Positions 27,026-37,858 of a DNA stretch of 64,000 bases are shown piece by piece. Source of the DNA: Ectothiorhodospiraceae bacterium (GTDB taxonomy: Bacteria > Pseudomonadota > Gammaproteobacteria > GCA-002705445 > GCA-002716945). The notes beneath the pieces are model-generated. The model did no database searches. It had not been told where the DNA came from and was given only the letters and a program-made list of their open reading frames with translations. The DNA is taken from positions 224,405 to 288,404 of the forward strand of contig BOXR01000001.1 in NCBI GenBank assembly GCA_019651095.1. The letters run 5' to 3'. The number at the start of each line of letters is the position of its first letter. Within the stretch, counting starts at the first letter, position 1. The position numbers and the translations under genes are program-made.

Positions 27026-28495
27026 ATGAAAAAAACTATTGTTATTGGTTCAGGCTTTGGTGGCCTAGCAATTGCTTGCAGACTAAAAGCAATGGGACAT
27101 GATGTCACTGTTCTAGAAAAACTAGACAATCTCGGTGGCAGAGCCAGAACACTCTATCATAATGGTTTTGAATATGATGCTGGACCTACGGTAATTACAG
27201 CTCCATATCTATTAAATGAAATATTTGATCTTTTCGGTAAAGATTCGAGAGATTACTTTAATCTATTAAGAGTTAAGCCTTACTATAGATTCGTATTTAG
27301 TGATAAATCTTTTTTTGACTATGGATCATCCCTCAAAGGGATGCTTAATCAAATCAAGAAAAACTATTCAAAAGAGGATGCTATTGGATATATTAGACTA
27401 TTGAAACATTCCAAACGTATTTTTGATACGGCCTATTTAAAACTCGCAGACTATCCTTTTGAGAACATTCAAAGCATGTTTCCTTATGTACCCGAGTTGA
27501 TGAGGATCAAGTTTTACAAATCAGTACATAGTTCTGTAAAGTCATACCTTCATAATGAAAATCTTGTAAAAGCACTCAGCATGCATCCACTTTTAGTAGG
27601 TGGTAATCCATATACAACTACATCTATTTACCTTCTCATTCAATATTTAGAATGGAAATGGGGCGTCTATTATGGAGATGGCGGGACCCGTTCTATTGTG
27701 AGTGGTTTTAAGAAGTTGTTTGATGAAGAGGGAATAGAGTATAAGACTAACTGCGAAGTTTTAAATATTAATCATGACAATAAACGTATTAAAACAGTAG
27801 AGACTTCTGAGGGTACTTTGGATGCTGATTTAGTAGTGAGTAATGCAGACCCCTCACATTTCTATGAGAATATACTTAAAATTGCACCTAAGAAAATATT
27901 CAATAAAAAATCTATCTTGAAGCATTCAATGGGACTGTTCGTTTTTTATTTCTCCACAAAAAAGATTTACAGCGATGTTCAGCACCACACTATAATCTTT
28001 AACAAACGACATAAAGAACTGCTTGATGATATTTTTGATAATAAAATCTATATCAACGATCCTAGTCTGTATCTTCATAGACCCTCTGCAACTGATAAGA
28101 AAAACATTCAAAATAGCTGCGATTCTTTTTATGTTCTTGCGCCAGTCGCAAATAATCAAAGTAATATTAACTGGAATGAAAAAGGAGAAGAGTTCTGTCA
28201 GCATGTTATAAGCATACTGAGCGAGACTGTACTACCTGATCTTAAATCTAATCTTGTTGACCAGTTCTTTGTTACACCTGACTATTTTGAGAATGAATTG
28301 AATTCATTTAATGGAAGTGGTTTTGGCATACAGCCTATTTTCAGACAATCTGCTTATTTTAGATACTCAAATAAATCTCAAGAACTCAACAATTTATATT
28401 TTGTTGGTGCAGGCAGTCACCCAGGAGCAGGTGTACCAGGTGTATTATCCTCTGCAAAAGTTACTGAAAAGCTTATACTTAAATATAATGCCTAG
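27026..28495 (+). CDS. crtI: phytoene desaturase
   Basis: 489 aa. N-terminal FAD fold VIGSGFGGLA..LEKLDNLGGRA and C-terminal FVGAGSHPGAGVPGVLSSA, typical of CrtI. Confidence 0.92.
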   Translation: MKKTIVIGSGFGGLAIACRLKAMGHDVTVLEKLDNLGGRARTLYHNGFEYDAGPTVITAPYLLNEIFDLFGKDSRDYFNLLRVKPYYRFVFSDKSFFDYGSSLKGMLNQIKKNYSKEDAIGYIRLLKHSKRIFDTAYLKLADYPFENIQSMFPYVPELMRIKFYKSVHSSVKSYLHNENLVKALSMHPLLVGGNPYTTTSIYLLIQYLEWKWGVYYGDGGTRSIVSGFKKLFDEEGIEYKTNCEVLNINHDNKRIKTVETSEGTLDADLVVSNADPSHFYENILKIAPKKIFNKKSILKHSMGLFVFYFSTKKIYSDVQHHTIIFNKRHKELLDDIFDNKIYINDPSLYLHRPSATDKKNIQNSCDSFYVLAPVANNQSNINWNEKGEEFCQHVISILSETVLPDLKSNLVDQFFVTPDYFENELNSFNGSGFGIQPIFRQSAYFRYSNKSQELNNLYFVGAGSHPGAGVPGVLSSAKVTEKLILKYNA

Positions 28496-29316
28496 AACTT
28501 TTGAACATGTACTTAAATCAAATAGCAAAACTTTCTATATTGCCTCTAGGCTCCTGCCTAAATACGTGAGGAGGGATGTTTTTAAAGTTTACTCTTTTTG
28601 TAGACTTGTATGATGATAACGTGGACCTTGATAGGAAGGATGACACAAATGACTTAGAAGAATATATTCTCAAACTGGGGATAGATGGTAGTGTCGTAAG
28701 GGAATTGAAAAATGGTATTAATTCCGATATTAATCGTTCCAGTATTAAAGATCTTAACGACTTGCTGAAGTATTCATATAAAGTAGCTGGCTGTGTCGGG
28801 CTAATGATGTGTGATGTATTATCTATCAAAAGTACTCTAGCAAGATATTACGCAATAGACTTAGGAATTGCTATGCAAATAACAAATATATGCAGGGATG
28901 TCCTAATTGACTATAGAGGTGGCAGAGTATACTTACCAAGCACTATGTTAGGTGATAATGAAATTTCATCTATGACAGACGCAGAAATACTATCCGTTGT
29001 AACGAAGCTAATTAAACTCGCAGATGATTATTACAATAGCGCCTTAAATGGTATTAAGCTTATACCAATCAGATCGCGCTTTTCTATACTTTACGCATTG
29101 AGGCTCTATCAGGCTATCGGTCACAAAATTTTAAGAGAACAACAAAAGTATTTCAAAGAAAAAATAAATACTACATTGAGTGAAAAGATGATTATATTTT
29201 TTAAGTCATTTTTTGAGTTTATGACTATGTCTTTAAGACAATCTAATAGAAAGCAACATAACCAAACTCTTCATAAATCACTACAGGGACTCCCGTACGT
29301 CAATGAAACAGTATGA
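28488..29316 (+). CDS. crtB: phytoene synthase; one frameshift near 28610
   Basis: The ATG overlaps the crtI stop by 8 nt. The N-terminal piece MPRTFEHVLKSNSKTFYIASRLLPKYVRRDVFKVYSFCRLV joins to DDNVD.. in the 28576-29316 frame, restoring the YxFCRxxDDxxD motif. The second Asp-rich region NICRDVLIDY follows. Confidence 0.88.
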
Positions 29317-30423
29317 TGTGGTAATAATAGGCGCAGGTTGCTCGGGTCTTAGTCTAGCCTACAGATTGATTGGGTCACTCTCAAAGTATGCGTACTAGAT
29401 AATATGAAAAGAGATAACAGGCATAGGAAGACCTGGTCATACTGGAATACATATCAGCACCCATTTGAACACTTACAAGCGTATTCTAACAGCTCTCTTA
29501 TAGTAAAAAACTCCTCACAAACAACACTAGATTGTAATACATATAACTACTCTACAATTGACTCTAATGATTTTGATGATTTTGTTTTTTCTGAATTAGA
29601 ACAAAGTGAAAACATAGATGTTATCTTTGATACAAATATTGAAGATATAGGACTAGAAGGTACTGAATATATTTTCAGAGTCTCAGAGAATCTTGATTGT
29701 AGCGCGCGTTATGTATTCGATAGCAGACCAAATAAATCACCCTTTAGTATGAAGCAAATATTTAAAGGAATTTTCGTTGAATTCCATGAACCTCTCGAAA
29801 ACTTTAAACCTCATCTAATGGATTTTTCAGATAAAGATCAGTTTCATTTTTTTTACAGTCTTCCATTGGGAAAAGCTAAGTATTTATTTGAATCTACCTA
29901 TTACACATCCCTAAATATGGATAGTGAATTAATGACTAATGAGGTTCATGATTACATTAAAGAAAAATATGGAGATGGTTATTCAGTAGTTCGAGAAGAG
30001 TATGGTGAAATACCCCTTACAACGAATATAAAACTAAACGAGAATAAATCCAACTATATCAAAATTGGTATTCCTGCAGGTTCTACGAGAGCCTCTACAG
30101 GATACACTTTTTTAAACATTCAAAAACAAGCAGACGAATACATTAGAATGTTAAATGGTAAAAAATTCATTGAATATCCCAAGACCTTTAAGAACAAAAT
30201 TCTTAGAAAAATGGATAACTTACTACTGATGATAATAAGAGATCATCCATCAGAAAGTAAAAAAATCCTTTTTGAAATGTTTAATCGTAATAAGGCAAAG
30301 AGAATTATTAGATTTCTCTCTGACACACCAACGCTGGTAGATATAATATCTATCATATGGAACATGCCTAAAGTAATATTCATCAAATATGCAATTAAGT
30401 CATTCACAGCATCAAAGATATAG
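29303..30423 (+). CDS. crtY: lycopene beta-cyclase; one frameshift near 29380
   Basis: The ATG overlaps the crtB stop by 14 nt. MKQYDVVIIGAGCSGLSLAYRL (FAD/NAD fold) joins after a shift to KVCVLDNMKRDNRHRKTWSYW.., continuing into ORF 29404-30423. Confidence 0.85.
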
Positions 30424-31288
30424 TAAATATCAATTAATTCTTCTCACTAACCTGAGTGTTCTATCTTGGGTAATTATCATTCTTGCTCCAAGTCTAGTTT
30501 CAATTAATACTCAACTGATATTACTTGTTACAACTGTAACTATTATAGGTATACCGCATGGATACTTTGACTTTCTTGTTGCTAAAAAACTTTACTCCAA
30601 CTCTGATTATTGGTTGAGCAAGTTTATCTTGGTCTATACAGCAACATCTTTGTTGTACTTATATGTATGGGTTATTTCACCGATTTTTGCACTTATAGTA
30701 TTCTTATTGATGGCTCAGTATCATTTTGCAGTTGAAGAATCAGGTAATCTAGATTCTAGGAATATTATTCTGATGTTTATATTGGGGGGAGTGCCAATTT
30801 TTACACCTATAATTTTCCAGACTAATGATGTTTTTAGTCTATTTGCTATTCTACTGAACCATGAGTTCTTTGATATTGTATTTTCTGCTCTTCATCAAAC
30901 TATATATATCCTTACAGTACTAGCTGTAATATTTTTGTACGCACGAAGATTATCATTATTGTATGTTCTACTATTAATAAACTTTATATATCTCCCACCC
31001 CTATTATCATTTATTTTATATTTCTGTTTTCATCACTCATTAAGACACTACTTAGATGCATTGATAGATTCTAATTTATTTGAAAAAAAGATTTCATTAA
31101 CTAAATATGTTTTTTTCTTTTTATTCCTAACAATTGCTTTCACTTTTATCACACTTTTTATGTTATCGTCATTGGCACAAATATCACTTGAGAGCGCAAT
31201 AATAAAATATATTTTTATTACCTTGGCATGCCTTACACTTCCTCACCTGCTTTTAAATTCAATATATGAAAATAGATACAGTAAATAG
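30389..31288 (+). CDS. blh: beta-carotene 15,15'-dioxygenase (Brp/Blh family), retinal-forming
   Basis: 299-aa polytopic membrane protein with the four conserved His blocks of Blh: GIPHGYFD, AQYHFAVEE, FCFHHSLRHY, LTLPHLLL. Overlaps the crtY 3' end. Confidence 0.85.
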   Translation: MQLSHSQHQRYSKYQLILLTNLSVLSWVIIILAPSLVSINTQLILLVTTVTIIGIPHGYFDFLVAKKLYSNSDYWLSKFILVYTATSLLYLYVWVISPIFALIVFLLMAQYHFAVEESGNLDSRNIILMFILGGVPIFTPIIFQTNDVFSLFAILLNHEFFDIVFSALHQTIYILTVLAVIFLYARRLSLLYVLLLINFIYLPPLLSFILYFCFHHSLRHYLDALIDSNLFEKKISLTKYVFFFLFLTIAFTFITLFMLSSLAQISLESAIIKYIFITLACLTLPHLLLNSIYENRYSK

Positions 31289-31433
31289 AACAAGAATTCT
31301 AGTAACACATAATTTATGTTGCTTTTATCTATTATTAGAAGATACTCAATAAAGGATAAAGCAATTGATAATTTCAAATGAAATATTTATCTTATTTACT
31401 GATACAAATCGATACTGGGGATATTTAAACTAA

Positions 31434-33374
31434 ATGAGCTCATCTGATATTTATAAATCTAAAGATTGGATTACCGAAAAAGCCTTTATAAAAAAAGATG
31501 ATTATAAAGCTATGTACGAACAATCTATCTCTAAACCTGACGAGTTTTGGTTTGAACAAGGACAAAGATTAGATTGGTTTACTCCCTATACAAAGGTTAG
31601 AGACTACTCATATGAAAAAGATGATCTATATATTAAGTGGTATGAAGATGGTGAACTCAACGCATCATATAATTGCCTCGACCGACATATAGAAAAAAAT
31701 GCTGACAAGATTGCAGTTATCTGGGAGGGAGATGATCCCTCTAATTCGAGAAAAATTACATATCAAGAACTACTCACAGAAGTATGTAAATTTTCTAATG
31801 GGTTAAAATCTTTAGGTGTAAAAAAAGGCGACAGAGTTACCATTTACATGCCTATGATTCCTGAAGCTGCCATTGCTATGTTGTCATGTGCCAGAATTGG
31901 CGCTGTCCATTCTGTTGTATTCGGAGGATTTTCTCCCGAGGCTCTCGCAGGTCGTTTAGAAGATTGTGATTCTAAATACATAATAACTGCGGATGAGGGC
32001 GTCAGAGGCGGTAAGACAATACCCTTAAAGGAAAATGTTGATAAGGCTATTTCCAAGATAGAGGATTTTAAGAAATGTGTTGTCGTGAAAAGAACTGGTA
32101 ATGCAATTAATTGGGACAGCAGTATTGATCACTGGTACGACGATTTAGTGTCTTCTGCTTCAGCCATTTGCGAACCAGAAAAAATGTCCTCTGAGGACCC
32201 GATATTTATTCTGTACACTTCTGGCTCAACAGGGAAGCCAAAAGGTGTATTACATACCACGGGCGGATATCTTGTATATGCATCTATTACACATCAATAT
32301 ATTTTTGATTGTCATGACGACGATATTTATTGGTGCACTGCAGATGTGGGATGGGTAACCGGACATTCTTATATAATTTATGGACCATTGTGTAATGGGT
32401 CTACAACAATTATGTTTGAAGGAGTTCCAAACTATCCAACACCCAGTAGGTTTTGGGAGATTGTTGATAAGTATGAGGTGAATATTCTATATACCGCACC
32501 TACAGTCATAAGAGCACTTATGTCTGAAGGTAAAGGGCATGTTGATAAGACATCTAGAAAATCTCTCCGAATCTTGGGAAGTGTAGGAGAACCAATTAAT
32601 CCTGAGGCGTGGCGTTGGTATTATGACGTGGTTGGAAATTCTGACTGTCCAATTGTGGATACCTGGTGGCAAACAGAGACAGGAGGCATTATGATAACGC
32701 CACTTGTCGGAGCTATTGATATGAAACCGGGTTCAGCAACACTACCATTTTTTGGAATCGAACCAGTTTTAGTTGATGATAATAACAACGAAATTAAAGG
32801 CCCTGGAGAGGGCAGTTTATGTATAAATATGTCATGGCCTGGTCAAATGCGAACAGTTTACGGTGATCACAAAAGGTTTATAGATACATATTTTACTCAA
32901 TATCCTGGTCGTTATTTTTCAGGAGATGGATGCAGAAGGGATGAAGATGGTTATTATTGGATAACCGGAAGAGTAGATGATGTCATAAATGTCTCAGGAC
33001 ATCGCTTGGGTACTGCAGAGGTAGAGTCCGCGCTTGTGCTTCATAAAGACGTATCAGAGGCAGCAGTAGTTGGATATCCCCATAAGATTAAAGGTCAAGG
33101 ACTGTATGCTTTTGTTGCATTGAATAAAAATGTCAAACCAAGTACTGGTCTTGAAAATGAGTTACTACAATGGGTTAAACAAGAAATTGGATCTATAGCT
33201 AAGCCTGATTTCTTACAATTCACTGAGGGGCTGCCAAAAACTCGATCAGGTAAAATTATGAGAAGAATTTTGAGAAAGATTTCTATAAATGATTATAATA
33301 ATCTTGGAGATACCTCTACTCTTGCTGACTCCACCGTAGTAGAAGGTCTCATAAAAAATAGGAAGAATATTTAG
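31434..33374 (+). CDS. acs: acetyl-CoA synthetase (AMP-forming)
   Basis: 646 aa. AMP-binding [19 protein letters not shown], and C-terminal [17 protein letters not shown]. Confidence 0.97.
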   Translation: MSSSDIYKSKDWITEKAFIKKDDYKAMYEQSISKPDEFWFEQGQRLDWFTPYTKVRDYSYEKDDLYIKWYEDGELNASYNCLDRHIEKNADKIAVIWEGDDPSNSRKITYQELLTEVCKFSNGLKSLGVKKGDRVTIYMPMIPEAAIAMLSCARIGAVHSVVFGGFSPEALAGRLEDCDSKYIITADEGVRGGKTIPLKENVDKAISKIEDFKKCVVVKRTGNAINWDSSIDHWYDDLVSSASAICEPEKMSSEDPIFILYTSGSTGKPKGVLHTTGGYLVYASITHQYIFDCHDDDIYWCTADVGWVTGHSYIIYGPLCNGSTTIMFEGVPNYPTPSRFWEIVDKYEVNILYTAPTVIRALMSEGKGHVDKTSRKSLRILGSVGEPINPEAWRWYYDVVGNSDCPIVDTWWQTETGGIMITPLVGAIDMKPGSATLPFFGIEPVLVDDNNNEIKGPGEGSLCINMSWPGQMRTVYGDHKRFIDTYFTQYPGRYFSGDGCRRDEDGYYWITGRVDDVINVSGHRLGTAEVESALVLHKDVSEAAVVGYPHKIKGQGLYAFVALNKNVKPSTGLENELLQWVKQEIGSIAKPDFLQFTEGLPKTRSGKIMRRILRKISINDYNNLGDTSTLADSTVVEGLIKNRKNI

Positions 33375-33375
33375 T

Positions 33376-33762
33376 ATGATAGACATAGTTAAAAAAAGAG
33401 TAATAGACTGGGATAATCAATTAAGAAAAGAAAAACATTTCAATGAAAAGTTCGGAACTAATTTGTCACCAAGCTCTGTAAAAGAACTTACGGGCTCTTT
33501 TCGGAGGTTGACTGAGAAAAGTAAATCAAAAATTGGAGATGGAACCTTACAACAATGTGAGGAATTTTATCTTTCTTTAGACTTGATGAAACAGAATCAA
33601 TACACACACATTTGCAAGAATCGAAGTGCTGCATTCTACAAGATAGGAGACGAACCAGATTCTGATAAGGAAAATTCTGAATACCAAAGACAATTTTCTG
33701 AGTGGGATGAAAAACTTAATGAATTCAAGGCTCAAAACAATTGGGACAAATTCAGTAAATAG
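33376..33762 (+). CDS. hypothetical protein
   Basis: 128 aa, charged and soluble, starting 2 nt after the acs stop. No family recognised. Confidence 0.4.
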   Translation: MIDIVKKRVIDWDNQLRKEKHFNEKFGTNLSPSSVKELTGSFRRLTEKSKSKIGDGTLQQCEEFYLSLDLMKQNQYTHICKNRSAAFYKIGDEPDSDKENSEYQRQFSEWDEKLNEFKAQNNWDKFSK

Positions 33763-33766
33763 CCGT

Positions 33767-34345
33767 ATGTGCGGAAGGTACACTCTTACAAACAAGAAAG
33801 AAGTAAAGAGAAAATTCGAAATAGATATCGAACAGAACTTCAATATCTGCCCTAGTTCAAAAGTTCTTGTGTATACAAATAAGCCTGAGTGGATGGAATG
33901 GAACTACTCACCATCTTGGGCAAAAAAGCCAATGAATCTAATAAATGCTAGATATGAGACTATTGATGAGAAACCGTCTTTTAAAGATATGAACAGGTGT
34001 GTTTTTATCATGGATGGTTGGTATGAATGGAAAAGATATTTTAATTGGAGTAAAAGAGAGAATGTTAAAGATCCTTACTATCATCATTTCAACAGCGATA
34101 TTATATTTGTAGCAGGGTTATACCATGAAGGTAGATGCGTCTGTGTGACAAAAAAATCTGTTAAGCCGATCTCTGATATACATAATCGTCAGCCATTACT
34201 ATTAGAACAATCACAAATAGAAAAATGGATCAGTGGTGATTATATCCTTAGAGACAACCTTTCAAAAAATATCCAAATTCATAGAGTATCAACTTATGTG
34301 AATTCTCCAAAAAATAATGATGCGAATTGCGTAAAACCTACATAG
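33767..34345 (+). CDS. SOS response-associated peptidase (SRAP/YedK family, abasic-site processing)
   Basis: The N-terminus MCGRYTL carries the invariant catalytic Cys2. About 192 aa from ATG 33767. The ORF-track start at 33707 is upstream read-through. Confidence 0.85.
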   Translation: MCGRYTLTNKKEVKRKFEIDIEQNFNICPSSKVLVYTNKPEWMEWNYSPSWAKKPMNLINARYETIDEKPSFKDMNRCVFIMDGWYEWKRYFNWSKRENVKDPYYHHFNSDIIFVAGLYHEGRCVCVTKKSVKPISDIHNRQPLLLEQSQIEKWISGDYILRDNLSKNIQIHRVSTYVNSPKNNDANCVKPT

Positions 34346-34475
34346 AAAGCGTATTTAAGAATTTAGAGAAGAAAAATAAAATGACAGAGGCTATCACATC
34401 GTAAAGTGGGGAAGCTTCAGGGTATCCATAATTCCACAATATTATTAAAAGTACCCAGATGATAAATACGATCAT

Positions 34476-34795
34476 TTATTGGATTTTATCTAGTAATATA
34501 GATTTCTTATCACTAAATTCAGCTTCTGTAATAATGCCGCGATCTCTCAGATCAGCAAGTTTCTCAATCTGAGATAGTATTTGAGTATTACTATCATTAA
34601 AACTCTGATCTTCTTATTGTTTGATCCCATTATATCTGATTCATCATTGAAAAGCTTATAAAAGAAGGTATCTTTCTTTTCTTGAGCATCCTTTTTGGTA
34701 TGGCCTATCTTGTTGTGAGGTCCAGGTCTTGCTTTGTCATCAGCAATAACTTGCATTGATAAAAAAGCTATAGCTATGAATAGAATACTTCTCAT
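34476..34795 (-). CDS. small secreted protein with C-terminal SHOCT-like domain; one frameshift near 34620
   Basis: Signal peptide MRSILFIAIAFLSMQVIA. After a frame change the minus strand reads ..SQIEKLADLRDRGIITEAEFSDKKSILLDKIQ*, matching the SHOCT pattern (L..L...G.IT..EF...K..LL). Confidence 0.5.
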
Positions 34796-34826
34796 ATGTG
34801 CATTATATGACTTATAAGAATTAAAA

Positions 34827-35834
34827 TCATTCTTCTGTTAAGGTTTTGATGAAGAATTTTTGTACTTTATCTAGTGTAATTTTGGTAGCCTTAGAATTAT
34901 ATTTAACAGTTACTCCTTTAACCGAACATTTATTTAAAAAGAATTCACTTAGTTCAGGAGTATTTATAATCGTTCCATTCATATTTTGAATTTCGCCATC
35001 ATCGGTTATTGTCAGTGTGCAGTCTAAATTCATTACCATTAGATTAGGAAGTTTTTCAAATGTAAATCCAAAGTATAAAAATGGGTTATCAAAACCATGT
35101 CTAGCATTTTCTATCGATAAAAATTCAATTTTTCCATCGTTCCTAAAAAATTTTGAATATAAATTTCTACATGCGGCTTCAGGTGTCAAGTCATCATCAG
35201 CACCCGTGATCATTAAAAGTGGAGTCTCAGTCTCGGATGGACCAGGAAATGTGAATCCACAGTAAGGGTATATAGCAACCGCGGATTGAAATCTATGGTC
35301 TGTAGGAATCAGATCATTGACGAATTTAAAATGTGACAAAATAGGACCTACTCCGCCTTGCGACCAGCCAAGGTAGCCAATATTTTTAATCCTGGCATTT
35401 GTTTTCAATAAGCTTAAAGCAGCGTATGCATCGTTCATAAAAGTTATTCCTGATACTTTGGAAAAAGTTTTATCATATTTGATCTTTCTGGCAGAATAAT
35501 GATCAATTTGAAAGACAATCAGACCACTATCTGTAAGTAGATCTACATATTTTTTATGATACCTTCTTTTGCCCCCAGATCCATGAGTCATGATTACAGC
35601 ATCGTAAACCTCTCTTTTGACTTTCGGTAAAAATAATTCACCATTTATAGTAATATTTTTTTTATTTGTGTAGTTCAAATCATAGCTATCGATTGATTCA
35701 AAACAAACAATAGCCTCTGAATTAACATCTATAGTAGTTTGTGGATTTGTGTTTTCACATGGATCACTGATTTTTCTTGAACAAGATGTCATTAACATCA
35801 CCACAAATATCCAAAATATAGTTCTGTTAAGCAT
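34827..35834 (-). CDS. dienelactone-hydrolase-like alpha/beta hydrolase lipoprotein
   Basis: 335 aa. Lipobox LMTSC, HGSGG oxyanion region, nucleophile elbow GWSQGG, and GADDD plus a His block near the C-terminus. Confidence 0.7.
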   Translation of the reverse strand: MLNRTIFWIFVVMLMTSCSRKISDPCENTNPQTTIDVNSEAIVCFESIDSYDLNYTNKKNITINGELFLPKVKREVYDAVIMTHGSGGKRRYHKKYVDLLTDSGLIVFQIDHYSARKIKYDKTFSKVSGITFMNDAYAALSLLKTNARIKNIGYLGWSQGGVGPILSHFKFVNDLIPTDHRFQSAVAIYPYCGFTFPGPSETETPLLMITGADDDLTPEAACRNLYSKFFRNDGKIEFLSIENARHGFDNPFLYFGFTFEKLPNLMVMNLDCTLTITDDGEIQNMNGTIINTPELSEFFLNKCSVKGVTVKYNSKATKITLDKVQKFFIKTLTEE

Positions 35835-35839
35835 TAACG

Positions 35840-37030
35840 TTACTTAAGCTGAGAAATATTTGTCTTGTAGTCTTCTAAGATAGAAATGATTTGATTATCA
35901 GTGTTATAAGGATCAGGCAGTAGTGAGCTTGGTATCTCTAGTTCTTTAAATTCAATTTTGACATCTGGCGTAATTCCATTCTCATGTATGTGTCTATCAT
36001 TTGGTGTGTAGTACTTAGCTGTTGTTAGTTTAAGAGCAGAACCATCCATCATTTCTTGTATCGATTGAACGGAAGCCTTACCAAACGATTTTTCTCCATA
36101 AATTATAGCTCTTTTATGATCTTGTAGAGCACCTGCCACGATTTCTGAAGCAGAGGCAGATCCTCCGTTTATAAGAACATATAAAGGTAAACCTTCAAGG
36201 ATATCCTCACTGTTTGCAAAATATTCTAAATCGGAATTATTTGTACGCCCTTTTGTATATACAATCTTTCCTGATTTTAAAAATAAATCAGATATACCTA
36301 CAGCAGAACCAAGGACTCCCCCGGGGTTATTTCTAAGGTCAAGAATAAGGGCAACCATCATATTTCCACTTTTCTTTCTTAGATCATATATTGCTTTTCT
36401 GACATTTGCAGTTGAGTTGGATTGAAAACTAGATAATCTTAAGTATCCTACTTCACCATTAAAGATCTCTGTTTTAATTCCTTTAGATACTATTATTTGT
36501 CTTACTAATTCAAAATCTAAAGGTGATTCTTCTTTTTCACGTAAAATTTTCACTTTCACTTTTGTGCCAGGTTCGCCGCGCATCAATTTTACAGCATCAT
36601 TTATAGATTTATCTTTTAATGAAATATCTTGAACTTCAATAACGAGATCACCAGCTTTGAGACCAGCTCTTTGTGCAGGTGTATCATCGATTGGAGATAT
36701 AATTTTAACAAAACCATCTTCCATTGTGATTTCTATACCTATGCCTCCAAATCTTCCCGTTGTTCCGATTTTTAGTTCAGAAAAATCATCTTTAGAGAGA
36801 TAATCAGAGTAGGGGTCTAAATTAGAGACCATTCCCTCAATTGCATAGTTAAACAATGTGTCATCATCTACTTCGTCAACATACTGATCTTTAATTTTCT
36901 TATACACATCAACAAACTGCTGAATTTTTTCTGTTGGAACCTCATCATCAGATGAATACCCAGGTATGCAAACTAGTGCAAGGAATGCAGAAAAAAGTAC
37001 AATTTTAAAGGTTTTATAGTTGTTGATCAT
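35840..37030 (-). CDS. ctpA: carboxy-terminal processing protease (S41A) with PDZ domain
   Basis: 396 aa with signal peptide. PDZ PAQRAGLKAGDLVIEV. S41 blocks LDLRNNPGG, GGSASASEIVAGALQD and FGKASVQ. Confidence 0.9.
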   Translation of the reverse strand: MINNYKTFKIVLFSAFLALVCIPGYSSDDEVPTEKIQQFVDVYKKIKDQYVDEVDDDTLFNYAIEGMVSNLDPYSDYLSKDDFSELKIGTTGRFGGIGIEITMEDGFVKIISPIDDTPAQRAGLKAGDLVIEVQDISLKDKSINDAVKLMRGEPGTKVKVKILREKEESPLDFELVRQIIVSKGIKTEIFNGEVGYLRLSSFQSNSTANVRKAIYDLRKKSGNMMVALILDLRNNPGGVLGSAVGISDLFLKSGKIVYTKGRTNNSDLEYFANSEDILEGLPLYVLINGGSASASEIVAGALQDHKRAIIYGEKSFGKASVQSIQEMMDGSALKLTTAKYYTPNDRHIHENGITPDVKIEFKELEIPSSLLPDPYNTDNQIISILEDYKTNISQLK

Positions 37031-37100
37031 CAGGCTAATAATAGCACTTTATTACTAGATTTATTATTAGTTTCGGCTAATATAGGTATATAATAATACA

Positions 37101-37442
37101 ATGGAAAACGAACAAGTACAGATAGAAGAAAAGATTGATTATTCTTCTGCAGATCAAGAAAGAGATATTGAAACTGCCTCACGATCACTGAAAGCAATGT
37201 CCCACCCTTTGAGGTTGATGATATTATGCAAGCTCGGCGAGGGAGAGTTTAGCGTACAAGATATTGTCGATAATGTAGGCACATCTCAAAGTAATATCTC
37301 TCAACATCTTGCGATACTAAGAGACAAGGGCATTCTTTCTGCAAGAAAAGATGCTAACAAAGTTTTTTACAAAGTCAGTGATTTTAAAACATTAAAGTTA
37401 ATTGATATGATGAGAGAAGTTTTCTGTTCTAAGCATAACTGA
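37101..37442 (+). CDS. ArsR/SmtB family transcriptional regulator
   Basis: 113 aa. LKAMSHPLRLMILCKL..FSVQDIVDNVGTSQSNISQHLAILRDKGIL is the winged-HTH ArsR signature. Confidence 0.88.
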   Translation: MENEQVQIEEKIDYSSADQERDIETASRSLKAMSHPLRLMILCKLGEGEFSVQDIVDNVGTSQSNISQHLAILRDKGILSARKDANKVFYKVSDFKTLKLIDMMREVFCSKHN

Positions 37443-37450
37443 TCCATACA

Positions 37451-37858
37451 ATGGGTCACTCACTTGAATTTATCCTAAATCATCCAGTTTTATCGGTAGC
37501 ACTATTTATTTTCATTTATCTCATCATTTCTTATGAGATTAAAAACTTTACTAAAAAATATAAAGGCATCAACTGCAATGATCTTGTTACAAAAATTAAT
37601 GAGAGTCAAATTGTTGTCCTTGATACAAGAGAAAAAACAGAATATAAAAAAGGACACATCTCACAGGCTATACTACATGATGCATCAACAACAAAAAAAA
37701 TAGATTTTGATGAAGTTGTTGTTTATGATAAGGACGAAATGACAAGTGTCAGCAGTGCTGAGAAAATATCGAAGATTAACTCTATAAAAGTGTTTTACCT
37801 AGAGGGTGGGATCCAGTCTTGGACTGAAAATAATCTTCCTTTAGTGGAGGGAAAATGA
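37451..37858 (+). CDS. membrane-anchored rhodanese-domain protein (YibN-like), active-site Cys absent
   Basis: 135 aa. N-terminal TM and rhodanese fold (VVLDTRE..YKKGHISQA..LEGGIQSW). The loop where CxxGxRS is expected reads YDKDEMTS. Confidence 0.75.
   Translation: MGHSLEFILNHPVLSVALFIFIYLIISYEIKNFTKKYKGINCNDLVTKINESQIVVLDTREKTEYKKGHISQAILHDASTTKKIDFDEVVVYDKDEMTSVSSAEKISKINSIKVFYLEGGIQSWTENNLPLVEGK

Noticed and set aside
33707-33766. ORF-track start of the SRAP gene at 33707, which would overlap the upstream hypothetical gene by 56 nt.
   Set aside because: SRAP proteins require Cys2 as the N-terminal nucleophile after Met removal. The MCGRY start at 33767 is therefore the biologically meaningful one.
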